Source: Candidatus Eiseniibacteriota bacterium (GTDB lineage Bacteria > Eisenbacteria > RBG-16-71-46). From it: a stretch of DNA of 64,000 bases. The DNA is taken from NCBI GenBank assembly GCA_963725865.1, contig CAVSAC010000014.1, forward strand, positions 480,001-544,000. The letters are read 5' to 3'. The notes under the pieces were generated by a model. That model saw only the letters and a program-made list of their open reading frames with translations, did no database searches and was not told the DNA's origin. Within the stretch, counting starts at the first letter, position 1, and the number at the start of each line of letters is the position of its first letter. The translations under genes and the position numbers were made by a program. Positions 9,300 through 20,614 of this stretch are shown in pieces.

Positions 9300-11822
9300 A
9301 TGGACTTCTTCGCGCGGCAGGAGACCGCCCGCGCGCAGACGCGCTGGCTGATCGCGCTGTTCGTGCTGGCGGTGATCGTCGTGGACCTCGCGGTGACGGT
9401 CGTGCTCGTGGTGCTGCTCGCGGGCGGGCTGGGTCGCCAGGCCGCGCTCGCCGATCCCGCCCGCTGGCTGGCCAGCAACGCGCCCGAGCTCGCGCTGTGC
9501 GCGCTGGCGGTGCTCGCGATCGTCCTCGGCGGTGCGGCCGCCAAGTCGCTCCAGCTGCAGGGCGGCGGCGCCGTGGTGGCGCGCCTGATGGGCGCCGACC
9601 TGGTGGACCGCAACACGACCGACCCGGCCAAGAAGCGGCTGCTGAACGTGGTCGAGGAGATGGCGCTGGCCTCCGGCGTGCCGGTGCCGGCGGTCTACGT
9701 CATGGAGGGCGAGGGCGGCATCAACGCGTTCGCGGCGGGTCACACCGCGGCCGATTCGGTGGTCACGGTCACGCGCGGCGCGCTCGACCGCTTCGACCGC
9801 GACCGAGCTCCAGGGCGTCGTCGCCCACGAGTTCAGCCACATCCTGAACGGCGACATGCGGCTCAACCTGCGGCTCATCGGGCTGGTCGCGGGGCTGTTC
9901 GCGATCGCGACCGTCGGGCGCCTGCTGCTGCGCGGCGGCTCCCGCAGCCGCAAGGGCGGCGGGATCGCGCTGGCCGGTCTCGCCATCGTGGTGCTCGGCT
10001 ACGTGGGCGTGATGTTCGGCCGCATGATCCAGGCGGCGATCTCGCGCCAGCGCGAGTTCCTGGCCGACGCCTCGGCGGTGCAGTTCACGCGCGACCCGCA
10101 GGGGCTGCGCGACGCGCTGGTCCTGGTGGGCGCCTCGCGAGACGGGCTCGCGCGTGCCACGCCGACGAAGCGCATGAGGTCGCGCACATGTTCTTCGCCT
10201 CCGGATTGTCGGGCGCTGTTCGCCACCCACCCGCCGCTGGCGGATCGCATCCGCGCGCTCGACCCGTCGTTCCGAGCCCGAGGAGTTCGAGCGCGTCGCC
10301 GAGCGCCTGCAGGCCCGCGCGCCGGCATCCGCCGCGGCGCCCGCGCACGCCGTCGCGGGCGCGGACTTCGTCGACGCCGCGACCCGCATCGTGCTGGGTT
10401 CCGCCGCCGTCGCCGCGAGCGTGGGGAATCCGCGCGCGCCCCACGTGCGCCACGCCGCACTTCTGCGCGATGCGATGCCCGCGGGGCTGGCGGCCGACGC
10501 GGCCGATCCCGCGACCGCGCGCGCGCTGCTGGTCGCGCTGGTCGGCGCCGCGACCGGCACGTCCCCCGAGCGCCGCACCGAAGCGCTCGCGAGCGCGTTT
10601 GGCGCCGACGTGGCCGCCGCGGCCGCGCAGCGGTCCGACCTCGACACGCTGGCGGAGGATCAGCGTCTGCCGCTGCTGCTCCAGCTCATCCCCGCGCTCG
10701 GGCGCCTGCCGCTCGCCGACCGCCAGGCCCTGATCGCAGGCATCGACCAGATGATGCGCGCCGACGGCACCATCACGCTCCCTGAGTACGCGCTCGCCCG
10801 GCTCGCGCGCGTGCACCTCGGCGAGCAGGCCGCGCCGCGCACAGGCGCCTCGCAGGCCACGCTGCTCCAGCTCGAGGCGGACCTCCAGGTGCTGTTCTCG
10901 ACGCTCGCCCGGTGCGGACACGCGCGCGAGGAGGATGCGAGGAACGCCTATGAGCGCGGCCTCACGCGGGCGCTGCCCGGGCGCCGCGCGCCCTTCCAGC
11001 CGCTGGCGGACTGGGTGCCGGCGATGGACGCCGCGCTCGACCGGCTCGACCGCCTGCGGCCGGCGGACAAGCAGCGACTGATCGACGCGCTGGCGATCAT
11101 CGTGGCGCACGACGGCGCGCTCGAGCTGGCCGAGGCGGAGATGCTGCGCGCGGTGTGCGGTTCGCTCCACTGCCCACTGCCACCGTTCGATGGGCATCGG
11201 GACCGCGACGGCCCCCGGCGGCCTCGCCGCGGGGATCGGGATGCTGGCGGCCGACCAGCGGCTGCCGCTGCTGCTGCAGGCGATCCCGGCGCTCGGGCGC
11301 CTGCCGCTCGCCGACCGCCAGGAGCTGATCGCCGGCATCGATCGCGCGGTGCGTGCCGACGGGGTCATCACGCTCTCGGAGTACGCGCTCGCCCGCCTCG
11401 CGCGCGTACACCTGGGCGAGCAGATCGCGCCGCCCGCGGGCGCCTCGCAGGCCACGCTGCTCCAGCTCGAATCCGAGATCCAGGTGGTGTTCTCGACGCT
11501 CGCGCACGGCGGCCATGCCCGTGAGGCCGACGCGAAGGACGCCTATGAGCGCGGCCTCATGCGCGCGCTGCCGGGGCGGCGCGCGCCCTACCAGCCGGTG
11601 GCGGACTGGGTGCCCGCGATGGACGCGGCCCTCGACCGGCTCGACCGCCTGCGTCCGGCCGACAAGGAGCGGCTGGTCGACGCGCTGGGGATCATCGTGT
11701 CGCACGACGGCGAGCTGGAGCTGGTCGAGGCGGAGCTGCTGCGCGCGATGTGCGGCTCGCTCCACTGTCCGCTGCCGCCGTTCGTGGATGCCGACGAGGC
11801 GTCGGCCCGCGAGCGGGCGTGA
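9300..11822 (+). CDS. M48 (HtpX-like) zinc metallopeptidase with duplicated C-terminal domain; frameshifts at about 9803, 10160, 10215, 10280 and 11192
   Basis: MDFFARQ start, LLNVVEEMALASG, INAFAAG, ELQGVVAHEFSHILNGDMRLN (HExxH), REFLADASAVQFTR, FATHPPL, distributed over several frames. Confidence 0.82.
10648..11783 (+). repeat. Tandem ~540-bp intragenic duplication (about 10648-11188 and 11243-11783)
   Basis: Both units encode LAxDQRLPLLLQxIPALGRLPLADRQ...CGSLHCPLPPF. Confidence 0.9.
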
Positions 11823-11853
11823 GCGGGCGGACGCTTCGGTCTCAACGGCGGGA

Positions 11854-11952
11854 TCAGAGCCCGCTGGCGCCCTCCAGCAGCTCGGTGAGCCGCCGCAGGA
11901 AGCGCGCTACCGGGACGCCGTCCACCACATCGTGGTCGAACTGACTCAAACT
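11854..11952 (-). pseudogene. C-terminal remnant of a 2-oxoacid dehydrogenase E2 acyltransferase-family gene
   Basis: FDHDVVDGVPVARFLRRLTELLE matches the DHxxxDG catalytic motif; no 5' part present; abuts the oriIS-like end. Confidence 0.7.
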
Positions 11953-11954
11953 CA

Positions 11955-11989
11955 ATAGGGATTTCCTTTCGCGGGCCCGCGAGCCTAGC
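11955..11989 (-). mobile_element. IS91/ISCR oriIS-like end (copy 1)
   Basis: Minus strand TAGGCTCGCGGGCCCGCGAAAGGAAATCCCTAT: hairpin plus GAAATCCCTAT, like the ISCR ...TTCCTAT end, about 230 bp past the transposase stop. Confidence 0.65.
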
Positions 11990-12213
11990 CCCGTCCCGAC
12001 CGCCGCCGAAGGGCTAACTCCCCTCCCGAGACCCTCGCCGGCGCGCTTCCACCTGCCCACCGCACCTCGAACGGCACCTCCCACCGCGCGCACCGTGCCC
12101 GAGGCCTCAGGCCCGGCGGCCTTCCGGTCTCGTGGCGCGCACCTCGCCCAGCGCCGGCCCGGCGACTGTTCGCTCCGACCGCTCCCCGGGAGCTTCCCGC
12201 GCGTGACCCGCGC

Positions 12214-12900
12214 CTACGCCGTCGCTGCTCCCGCCCACGGCCCAGCGCGAGCATCGACCCCGCGCTGCTCGAGGTGCGCGAGGAGGCGCGTGACCACCGC
12301 GTGCTCGGTCACGAACGCCATGATGCGCATCGCGCCGCCACAGCGAGGACACACCTCGACGTCCACCGCGAACACCCGCCGCAGCAGTTCCGCCCAGCGC
12401 CGCCGCCGCGCCCGCAGCGCCGGCCACGGAGCCACCTCGCGCTCAGCCTTGTGCGTGACCTCATGCCCCGCACCCGCGAGCACCACGCCGCGTCGCCGCC
12501 ACCAGCCGCGCCGCCGGCTGGCGTACGCCCCGTAGTAGCGCACCCGCACCTCGCCCTTCGCCGGGATGTGCTGCACCAGTCGCGCCAGGAACTCCACCGC
12601 GGCGAACCGGTGCACGCCCACATACGGACCCTCGCTCGCGTCCGACACCAGCTCGACTTCGGCGCGCTCGGCGTCGTAGTGCAACCGCGACTCGGCCACC
12701 GGCGCGCGCGCCCCGTAGCGCGCCACGCGCAGCACGGCCGCGCGATCGTCCGCGGGAATCGCCGCTCCCACGTGCGCGCTGAACCCCGAGTGCGGCCACC
12801 CGAGCATCGCCGCCGCCGCGTTCTCGTCGAGCCAGCCCTGGCGCACGAACAGCGCGAGCACGGCGCGTTGCCACGCCCCCGCGAGCACTGCCGCGTCGTG
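12214..12900 (-). mobile_element. IS91-family (Y2/HUH) transposase, 3' half only
   Basis: WPHSGFSAH, VARYGARAPVAESRL, EFLARLVQHIP, VRYYGAYA, WAELLRRVFAVDVEVCPRCGGAMRI. Confidence 0.88.
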
Positions 12901-13727
12901 CGAGCGCCGCGGTTGCTGGACCTGCGGCTCCCGGGACGCTCCGGCCGCTGGGAAGTGCGCCGCGGCACCTACCGCCACGGCGGACGGCCGCACGAGCTGG
13001 TCGTGTTGTCCGACCTCGGCCGCTCGCTGTGCGAGGAGGAGCGCCAGGCGTGGCAGCGGCTGATTCGCGTCCTCAGCCACGAGATCAACAACTCGCTCGC
13101 GCCGATCCAGTCGATCGCCGGCAGCGCTGCGGATCCGCGCTCGAGCGCGCGCGGCCGCGAACGAGGGCCCCGACGAAGACGTGCGCGAAGGACTGCGCGT
13201 GATCGAGTCGCGCTCGCAAGCGCTCGCGCGGTTCATGCACGCGTACGCGCGCTCGCGCGCCTGCCGCAGCCCGAGCCCGAGGCGGTCGACGTCGGACGCA
13301 GGCGGTGCGCCGCGCGGTCGACGCTGGAGACGCGGCTCTCCCGTCGCGGTGCGCGACGGACCGCGGTCTGACCGTGAGCGCCGACGCCGACCAGCTCGAC
13401 CAGCTGCTCATCAACCTCGTGCGCAACGCCGCCGACGCGGCGCTCGAGACCGGCGGCGGCGCGTGGATCGGCTGGGGCGTCGCGGCGAGCGGGCTCGAGC
13501 TGGAGGTGGAGGACGAAGGGCCCGGTCTCGCCGACACCGGCAACCTGTTCGTGCCGTTCTTCACCACCAAGCCCGGCGGCTCCGGCATCGGCCTCGCGCT
13601 CAGCCGCCAGATCGCCGAGGCGCACGGCGGCACGCTGACGCTGGAGAATCGCAAGGGTGCACGCGGCTGCGTGGCGACGCTGCACTTGCCCCTGTCGGCC
13701 GGGGACGAGCGAGCGCCGCGCCACTGA
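12901..13727 (+). pseudogene. 5'-truncated, frameshifted NtrY/NtrB-like sensor histidine kinase
   Basis: AWQRLIRVLSHEINNSLAPI (H-box), QLLINLVRNA, EDEGPG, LFVPFFTTKPGGSGIGL; no start, abuts the IS91 fragment. Confidence 0.8.
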
Positions 13728-13741
13728 CCGGCGCGTCGGCG

Positions 13742-16393
13742 TCACTTCAGAAGACTGGCATCCCAATTCTGCACGAGGTGGAGCGAGGTGTGGGGGAGAC
13801 CAGGGCCCGGAGTCGCGACCAGGAAACGAGTGCCGTCGGGCGAGGGGCACGTCCCTCGGCTCTCGTCCGGCAAGCGAAAGAGCGTGGTGGTGGGTCCGGG
13901 GCGGTAGCCGCCGGGTGCCGGCAGGAGCGCCATGGAGCGCAAAGTCTGATTGTCCGTGGCGACGAAGATCAGTTGGTTCCCGACCGCCCAGACAGAGTGC
14001 CGACTGGAGGGGGCATACCCGCAGCCGTCGCTGGTCAGGCGTACCGCGTGGTGACGCTCCGGGAAATCGTCGAGGTAGAGTTCCTTTCGTCCGCTGGCGT
14101 CCGAGACGAAGACGGCGTGGTGCCCGTCCGGAAGGATCGCCAGATCCGACTCGTCGGCTGAGCTCGCCGCGTAGGCCCGTTCGAGCCTCGGTCTCGCGGC
14201 GTTGTACAGCATCAGGTCCCCCCGGCCGTTCGAAGCTCCGCGCACGAGCACGAACAGCTTGCCGCCCGGAGCCGCCACGATTAGGTCGCCGAATTGGGCT
14301 CCGGATATCAGCACCCCGTATGCCGACGGGTCATCCGGGCTCATGATGCGATTCTCCCGCCCACCCTCCTCTCCCGAGGCGTAGAGGATCCTGGTGCCAT
14401 CGGCGGACCAGATGGGCCAACTGTTCCATGCCTTGGGATCGGTGAGCCTCGCAACCGCACCCGTTCCCAGGTCTGCCAGCCAAAGGCACGTCTCGTATCC
14501 CTCGATCCGCCGGGTGATAAGTTGCCGCCCCGTCGCATCGAGGCTGTGGGCGATGCACGGCCCCTCCAGTCGCACGACCACGCCTCCCGGAAGGCCTGCA
14601 CGCGTGTACCAGCGGTATTCCGTTGCACGCTGATCCTCAGGGTAATAGACCATCGTGGGTCCGGCGACCAGCGCGATCGGGGTGGCGGGGAACGGCACCT
14701 GCAACGCGGGACTCTCGGCCAAGGCCGCGGGTTCGCCGATCAGTCGGCGGCCCTGCAAGTCGACCTGCTGCGTCAGCAGGGCATCGTCTCGCAGGAAGAC
14801 GAGCCGGCCGCGTCCGTCAGATCTCGGCGAGCTCTGCGCCAGCAGCAGCACCCTGTCTGATCGGCCGACCAGGTCGCCCACATGGATGCTGTAGAGGTTC
14901 GGTTGAACGGGGGGGTAGGCCGCGAAGAGAAAGTGACGCCCATCGGGAAGCAGTTCGGGGAAGATGTGGCCCACCTCGTGCCGGCCTTCGTCGAGCATCG
15001 TTGCTGGCTCCGGCGTCCCTCCGCTTGCTCGAACACGCATCAGGGGGCCACCGGATTCTCGGCCGTACACGATCCACCCGTCCGGTGTCCAAAAGCCGCC
15101 GACGTAGCCCGTGGCATCGCATATCACCTGAACGGTGCCATCGGCGACCTTGATGCGGACCAGCTTGTTGTCCCCCGAGCGGAAGGCAATTTCGCGCGAG
15201 TCCGGGGACCAGATCGGATACTCCACGTTTCGACTGGTTCCGATCAGGCGAGGCCGGACCTCATCGAGGCGTCGTACAAAGATGGCCGAATCGCCGCGTG
15301 TCAGCGCTACGGACCTTCCGTCTGGCGAAAGCGCATACTCATTCTGCCAAGGTGCCCACTCGAAGGTGAGTTGCGTCTTGATCGGGGCCGCGCCCCGCTG
15401 CGTGGCCCATGGTCGAAGCGCGAGCGCGCCGGCTCCGAGCGAAACCAGTCCCGCCAGCGTTCCGATCAGGAGCGGCGCCAGGAGCGCACGCCGGTTCGCC
15501 CTTCCCACGACCGTGTCGCTCGCGGCGCCTCCCGGCGCTGCCAGGCGGCGGAGTTCCCGCGCCAGGTCCGCCGCATTCTGCCAGCGCAGGTCGGGGTCCT
15601 TGGACAAACACGTTCGGATGAGACTTTCGAACGCGCTGAAGCCCGCCGTGCCCACGTTTGGGAGCGGTGGCGGTTCGGCGGTGAGGATGGCCGCCGCCAG
15701 GCTCGCCGTGGATCCCGCTTCAAAGGCACGACGGCCCGCGACCATTTCGAACATCGTCGCGCCCAGAGCCCAGAGATCCGAGCGCGCGTCGGCGGATTGA
15801 CCCTGCAACAGTTCGGGCGCCGTGTAGGGCAGCGTGCCGACCAGCGTGTTCGAGGCCGAGAGGGCGGCGGGCTCGGTCGGCGACTGAGAGAGTCTCTCTT
15901 CCGCCCCGCCGGCGTCGCGAAGCAATCGCGCGAGTCCGAAGTCCATGAGCTTGACCCCGGTCTTCGTGATCATGATGTTGCCGGGCTTCAGGTCGCGGTG
16001 GAGGATCCCGGCGCGGTGCGCCCGGGCGAGTGCCTCGGCCGTCTGAGCGCTGAACTCCAGCGCTTCGGCGAGCCTCAGCGGTCCTCTCTCGATCCGCGCG
16101 GCGAGCGTCTCGCCCTCCACAAGTTCGAGGACGAGGTAGTCGATGCCCTCCGCCTGCCCGACGTCGTGAAGCACGCAGATGTGCGGGTGGCTGAGCGACG
16201 CGACAGCGCGCGCCTCGCGCTCGAAGCGGGCGCGCGCATCGGGGCTCGACACAAGGTGGCCGGCCAGCACCTTGAGGGCGACGTCCCGCCCCAGGCGGCT
16301 GTCGCGCGCCCGGTAGACCTCGCCCATGCCTCCGGCGCCGAGCGCTGAAAGGATCTGGTATGGGCCAAGTGTGGTTCCGACCTTGATTGGCAC
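13742..16393 (-). CDS. Ser/Thr protein kinase with TM helix and TolB/PD40 beta-propeller
   Basis: LGAGGMGEVY, HRDLKPGN, DFGLAR, GTLPYTAPE; repeated SPDG/WSPD motifs; GTG start after GAGG. Confidence 0.92.
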   Translation of the reverse strand: MPIKVGTTLGPYQILSALGAGGMGEVYRARDSRLGRDVALKVLAGHLVSSPDARARFEREARAVASLSHPHICVLHDVGQAEGIDYLVLELVEGETLAARIERGPLRLAEALEFSAQTAEALARAHRAGILHRDLKPGNIMITKTGVKLMDFGLARLLRDAGGAEERLSQSPTEPAALSASNTLVGTLPYTAPELLQGQSADARSDLWALGATMFEMVAGRRAFEAGSTASLAAAILTAEPPPLPNVGTAGFSAFESLIRTCLSKDPDLRWQNAADLARELRRLAAPGGAASDTVVGRANRRALLAPLLIGTLAGLVSLGAGALALRPWATQRGAAPIKTQLTFEWAPWQNEYALSPDGRSVALTRGDSAIFVRRLDEVRPRLIGTSRNVEYPIWSPDSREIAFRSGDNKLVRIKVADGTVQVICDATGYVGGFWTPDGWIVYGRESGGPLMRVRASGGTPEPATMLDEGRHEVGHIFPELLPDGRHFLFAAYPPVQPNLYSIHVGDLVGRSDRVLLLAQSSPRSDGRGRLVFLRDDALLTQQVDLQGRRLIGEPAALAESPALQVPFPATPIALVAGPTMVYYPEDQRATEYRWYTRAGLPGGVVVRLEGPCIAHSLDATGRQLITRRIEGYETCLWLADLGTGAVARLTDPKAWNSWPIWSADGTRILYASGEEGGRENRIMSPDDPSAYGVLISGAQFGDLIVAAPGGKLFVLVRGASNGRGDLMLYNAARPRLERAYAASSADESDLAILPDGHHAVFVSDASGRKELYLDDFPERHHAVRLTSDGCGYAPSSRHSVWAVGNQLIFVATDNQTLRSMALLPAPGGYRPGPTTTLFRLPDESRGTCPSPDGTRFLVATPGPGLPHTSLHLVQNWDASLLK

Positions 16394-16597
16394 TGTGCGC
16401 CTCGCAGTCACGGCCGCCGCGATGGACCCGATACCCGCAAGCGTCAGGCAGCATAGCAACGATTCCGTGGGCCCCACCACGGCTTCCCGGGGGCGCCCGG
16501 CCACGCTGCACTTGCCGCTGTCGGCCGCCGCGGACCGGGGCTAGACTCCGGAGCATCCTCGCAGCCCTTCTGATTCAACCCCCTTCGGAGGTGTGCC

Positions 16598-16700
16598 ATG
16601 TCCAGCCGCGAACACGCGATGTTCATTGCTTCGTGGGAGCACGAGGCCAAGTCCACGGTCAAGCTCCTGAACGCCCTTCCCGCCGACAAGTACGACTTCC
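16598..16700 (+). pseudogene. N-terminal fragment of a DinB-family protein
   Basis: GGAGG RBS, MSSREHAMFIASWEHEAKSTVKLLNALPADKYDF, then runs into the IS91 relic. Confidence 0.6.
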
Positions 16701-16715
16701 CGCCGCGGTGCGCGC

Positions 16716-17001
16716 CTACCCCGCCGCCGCTTCCGCCCACGGTCCCGCGCGCGCCTCCACCCGGCGCCGCTCGAGGTGCGCGAGGATGCGCGTGACCACC
16801 ACCGGCTCGGTCCAGCCGCGCCGCCGGCTGGCGTACGCCCCGTAGTGGCGCACCCGTACCTCGCCCTTCGCCGGGATGTGCCGCACCAGTCTCTCACTCG
16901 CGGTACAGCGTCCACGGCGTGGTCACGTCGTACACGCCAGCGACACCGCGCAGTCCCCCAACGACCGCGGGCGCGAGGCTCGCGCCCCGCGCCCGCTCCA
17001 T
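16716..17001 (-). mobile_element. Internally deleted IS91-family transposase relic
   Basis: RLVRHIPAKGEVRVRHYGAYASRRRGW joined to TEPVVVTRILAHLE...AGPWAEAAAG*, matching 12214-12900; preceded by GGAG-ATG MERARG...AGVYDVTTPWTLYRE*. Confidence 0.8.
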
Positions 17002-17019
17002 GCCGCTCCGGCTCCGCGT

Positions 17020-17313
17020 CTAAGCGTCGCTCTTCGGCCTGAGCCCCTCCGGCACCTCGCCGACCGCGTCGGCGAGCACCGTGGCCTGGTTGTTCGAGAC
17101 CTCGAAGAACCCCCCGCTCACCTGCATCGTGAACTCGGCGCCGTCCGGCCGCCGCAGCATGAGCGCGCCCTGCGCGAGTGCCGTCACCAGCGCGGCGTGA
17201 TGCGCCAGCACCCCGAGCGAGCCCTCGGTGCCCGGCACCTGCACGTACTCCACCGGGCCCTCGAACACCGAGCGCTCGGGCGTCAGGATCGACAGCTGGA
17301 AGCTCGTCCCCAT
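17020..17313 (-). CDS. atpC: ATP synthase epsilon subunit, second copy
   Basis: FQLSILTPER...GVLAHHAAL...VSGGFFEV; identical to 20876-21166 except the last residues. Confidence 0.9.
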   Translation of the reverse strand: MGTSFQLSILTPERSVFEGPVEYVQVPGTEGSLGVLAHHAALVTALAQGALMLRRPDGAEFTMQVSGGFFEVSNNQATVLADAVGEVPEGLRPKSDA

Positions 17314-17317
17314 CGGC

Positions 17318-18076
<759 letters not shown>

Positions 18077-18079
18077 CTA

Positions 18080-20476
18080 CTAGGGCAAGAGGAGCAGCCT
18101 GCGTACCGACGTCGCGGCGACGGATCGCGCTCTCAGGAAGTAGAGGCCTGCAGCGGCGGGCTCACCGCCGGCCGCGCTCCCATCCCACGAGAGTGAGTGG
18201 AGGCCAGCACTAAAGCTACGGCTCGCCAGCGCCGCGACGCGCCGGCCTTGCGTATCGAACACGTCCAGCGAGACGTCGGCCGGTTCCGCGAGCTCGAGCA
18301 CGAAACGGCTGGAACCCCGCGTGGGATTCGGCGATGGCGACGAGAGACGCAGTGCGGCGGTCGGGATCCGCGATGGCCCTACGGCGGCCGGTTCCGGGGG
18401 TGTGAAGCGAAGTGCCCAAAAGCTGGTTGCCCCGTCCGTGCACACCACCAGACGATCGCCGACGGGGTCGTAGATCGCGGCGCCGCTCAGCAACTCCCAC
18501 GGCTGGGTCGGGCCCGTCCCTAGGATCTGAAGGCGCGACCAGGTCGGCGCGGATCCGAGTGAGAGCGCCCATTCGCGATTCACCACAACACGGTGGCGGT
18601 GGGGATCGAAGATGGCTTCGATCGCGGTGCCGGAATTGGGCCCGGTCCCGGTGGTCGAGAGATGCGCCCACACTCCGATCGGATCCAACGGCAGCATCCA
18701 GACGTCGCCGGCGCCCAGGTCACCAATGAAGATGAGCCGACGGCAATCGGCATCCAGAACTACCGTAGGGTAGCCATTCAAGCCGAACGGACTCGTGGAG
18801 AACCTCTGCGTCCACTCAGGTACCGGCCCGAACTTGAGGGACCACAGCGACCGATCTGGATCCTGGCCGTAGTAGGGGTCGCCGCCGACAACGAACATCT
18901 GGTCCGTGAGCGGGTCGAAGACCGCGCTATGACCCCACCTCGCCGCGGGTGGAATACCGGTCGGCCACAACTCCTCCCAAGGAGTCCCGAAATCCAGGTC
19001 GGCGACCCAGGTGTCATTGGCGAGGTCGCCAGGTATGCCGACATATGGCTTGTCCATGCCACCAAACAGCACCAGGTGGTTCCGGCCAACGTCAAGCACG
19101 ATCGACCCACCGAGTCGCCACGGACGCATATAAGGGTTCCCCCCCGTGACGGTCTCGGCCTTCAGGTCATAGCTCACCCGATCTCCGATCCCATACTGTC
19201 CATATCGGTAAAGATTCCCGTATCCTCCGTGGACGAGCATGCGACGATTGGACGGATCGTAGGCGGCTCTCGAACCGCTGATGTGCTCGGGCGGCGCCCC
19301 GACGGCTACAGATTGCCAGGATGAATCCGCATCAAAGACGAGCGAAGTCGCGTCGCTGAAGTCAAAGGTCGGTTGGTTGCTCCAGTCAACGTAGTTATCG
19401 TACCAGCCGCCGCAGATCACCATTCGATCGCGCACCGGATCATAGACCGCGGAGTGTCCAGCGCGGTCATGCGGCTCATCAACGGTGACGAGCTTCGTCC
19501 AGGTCGGCTCCGGTGACAATGAAAGTGCCCAGCAGCCAACCTCGTTGAAGGCTGGCTCCTGAAAGCAGTCCCAATTGCAGTCTGGAGTGATACCACAATG
19601 ATAGAGTATCCAATCGTGCCCGCCGAAGATCACCATGCGGTCGCGCACGGGATCGTAGATCGCGCTGTGCTGCCCGGTGGAGGGACCGGACGGAAGGGAT
19701 AGCTGCTGCCACATTGAGCCCGCGGCAAGGGATAGCGTCCAAACTTCGTTCACGGCCATGAGGTGTTCGTCACATGGCGGCGGCATGTGGACGTACCCGC
19801 CATACACCAACACTTGATCACGCGCCTTGTCGTGAATCACGGAGAACCCGGTCCTAGGCCCGGCTGGCGCAGCGGATGTCGGCAAAGCGGTCCATTCGAG
19901 TGGGCACACGAGCAGGAGCTGCCACACTTCCAGCTGCGCGGTGAAGGCGAGCAACCGATCGCGCACCGGGTCGTAGAGCAGAGCGAGGTAGTCCGGCGGC
20001 GAGCCCGAGGTTGGCAACGTCTTCCACGCGGCATCAGCGCCCAGCGACAGGCTCCACAGCGAGGCGCCCGAGCCCACCAACATTCGTTGGCGCACGGGGT
20101 CATAGATCGCGAGACCGCCCGGAGGTGGAGCCCCCTCGGGGTTCACGCGCGACCACCAGCCACCGGCTCCCAACCCAAGGCCCCACATCTGGCCTCCGCC
20201 GAACACCAACATGCGATCCCCGACCGGATCGAGAATCGCACTGTGATCCCGACGCACGGGTGGTGCGAGCTCGATCCACTCGGCATCGAACTCGGATGTG
20301 TCGAGACACGTCGGAGTCCCAAGGAACGCACCACCGGGGGCTACGGGCGTCGGGGTCGGCACGGGTGCGACGGGGATCGATGTCGCAGCGACCGCAGAGC
20401 TCGCGGGCAACAGGATCGCCCCGATCCCCCAAAGCACAACGGGGAATGCCCATCGGATCAGAAGCAGCGGCCTCAT
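18080..20476 (-). CDS. Secreted kelch/beta-propeller repeat protein with C-terminal FlgD-Ig/T9SS-like sorting domain
   Basis: Signal peptide; repeated HSAIYDPVRDRMxxxGG; tail PNPTRG...VFDTQGRRV...WDG...AGLYFLR; visibly more AT-rich than the host genes. Confidence 0.85.
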   Translation of the reverse strand: MRPLLLIRWAFPVVLWGIGAILLPASSAVAATSIPVAPVPTPTPVAPGGAFLGTPTCLDTSEFDAEWIELAPPVRRDHSAILDPVGDRMLVFGGGQMWGLGLGAGGWWSRVNPEGAPPPGGLAIYDPVRQRMLVGSGASLWSLSLGADAAWKTLPTSGSPPDYLALLYDPVRDRLLAFTAQLEVWQLLLVCPLEWTALPTSAAPAGPRTGFSVIHDKARDQVLVYGGYVHMPPPCDEHLMAVNEVWTLSLAAGSMWQQLSLPSGPSTGQHSAIYDPVRDRMVIFGGHDWILYHCGITPDCNWDCFQEPAFNEVGCWALSLSPEPTWTKLVTVDEPHDRAGHSAVYDPVRDRMVICGGWYDNYVDWSNQPTFDFSDATSLVFDADSSWQSVAVGAPPEHISGSRAAYDPSNRRMLVHGGYGNLYRYGQYGIGDRVSYDLKAETVTGGNPYMRPWRLGGSIVLDVGRNHLVLFGGMDKPYVGIPGDLANDTWVADLDFGTPWEELWPTGIPPAARWGHSAVFDPLTDQMFVVGGDPYYGQDPDRSLWSLKFGPVPEWTQRFSTSPFGLNGYPTVVLDADCRRLIFIGDLGAGDVWMLPLDPIGVWAHLSTTGTGPNSGTAIEAIFDPHRHRVVVNREWALSLGSAPTWSRLQILGTGPTQPWELLSGAAIYDPVGDRLVVCTDGATSFWALRFTPPEPAAVGPSRIPTAALRLSSPSPNPTRGSSRFVLELAEPADVSLDVFDTQGRRVAALASRSFSAGLHSLSWDGSAAGGEPAAAGLYFLRARSVAATSVRRLLLLP

Positions 20477-20614
20477 GGCGTGCCTCGATTTGCCCTCCCT
20501 CGCGAGTCATGAAGGAGGATCCTGTTTCATGCGACGTACGGTACTACCCGCCCTGTCACCTACAAAGGGGTTTGGCGGCTCCCGGTATGCACGCCCAGGG
20601 CATTGCGGTTACGG

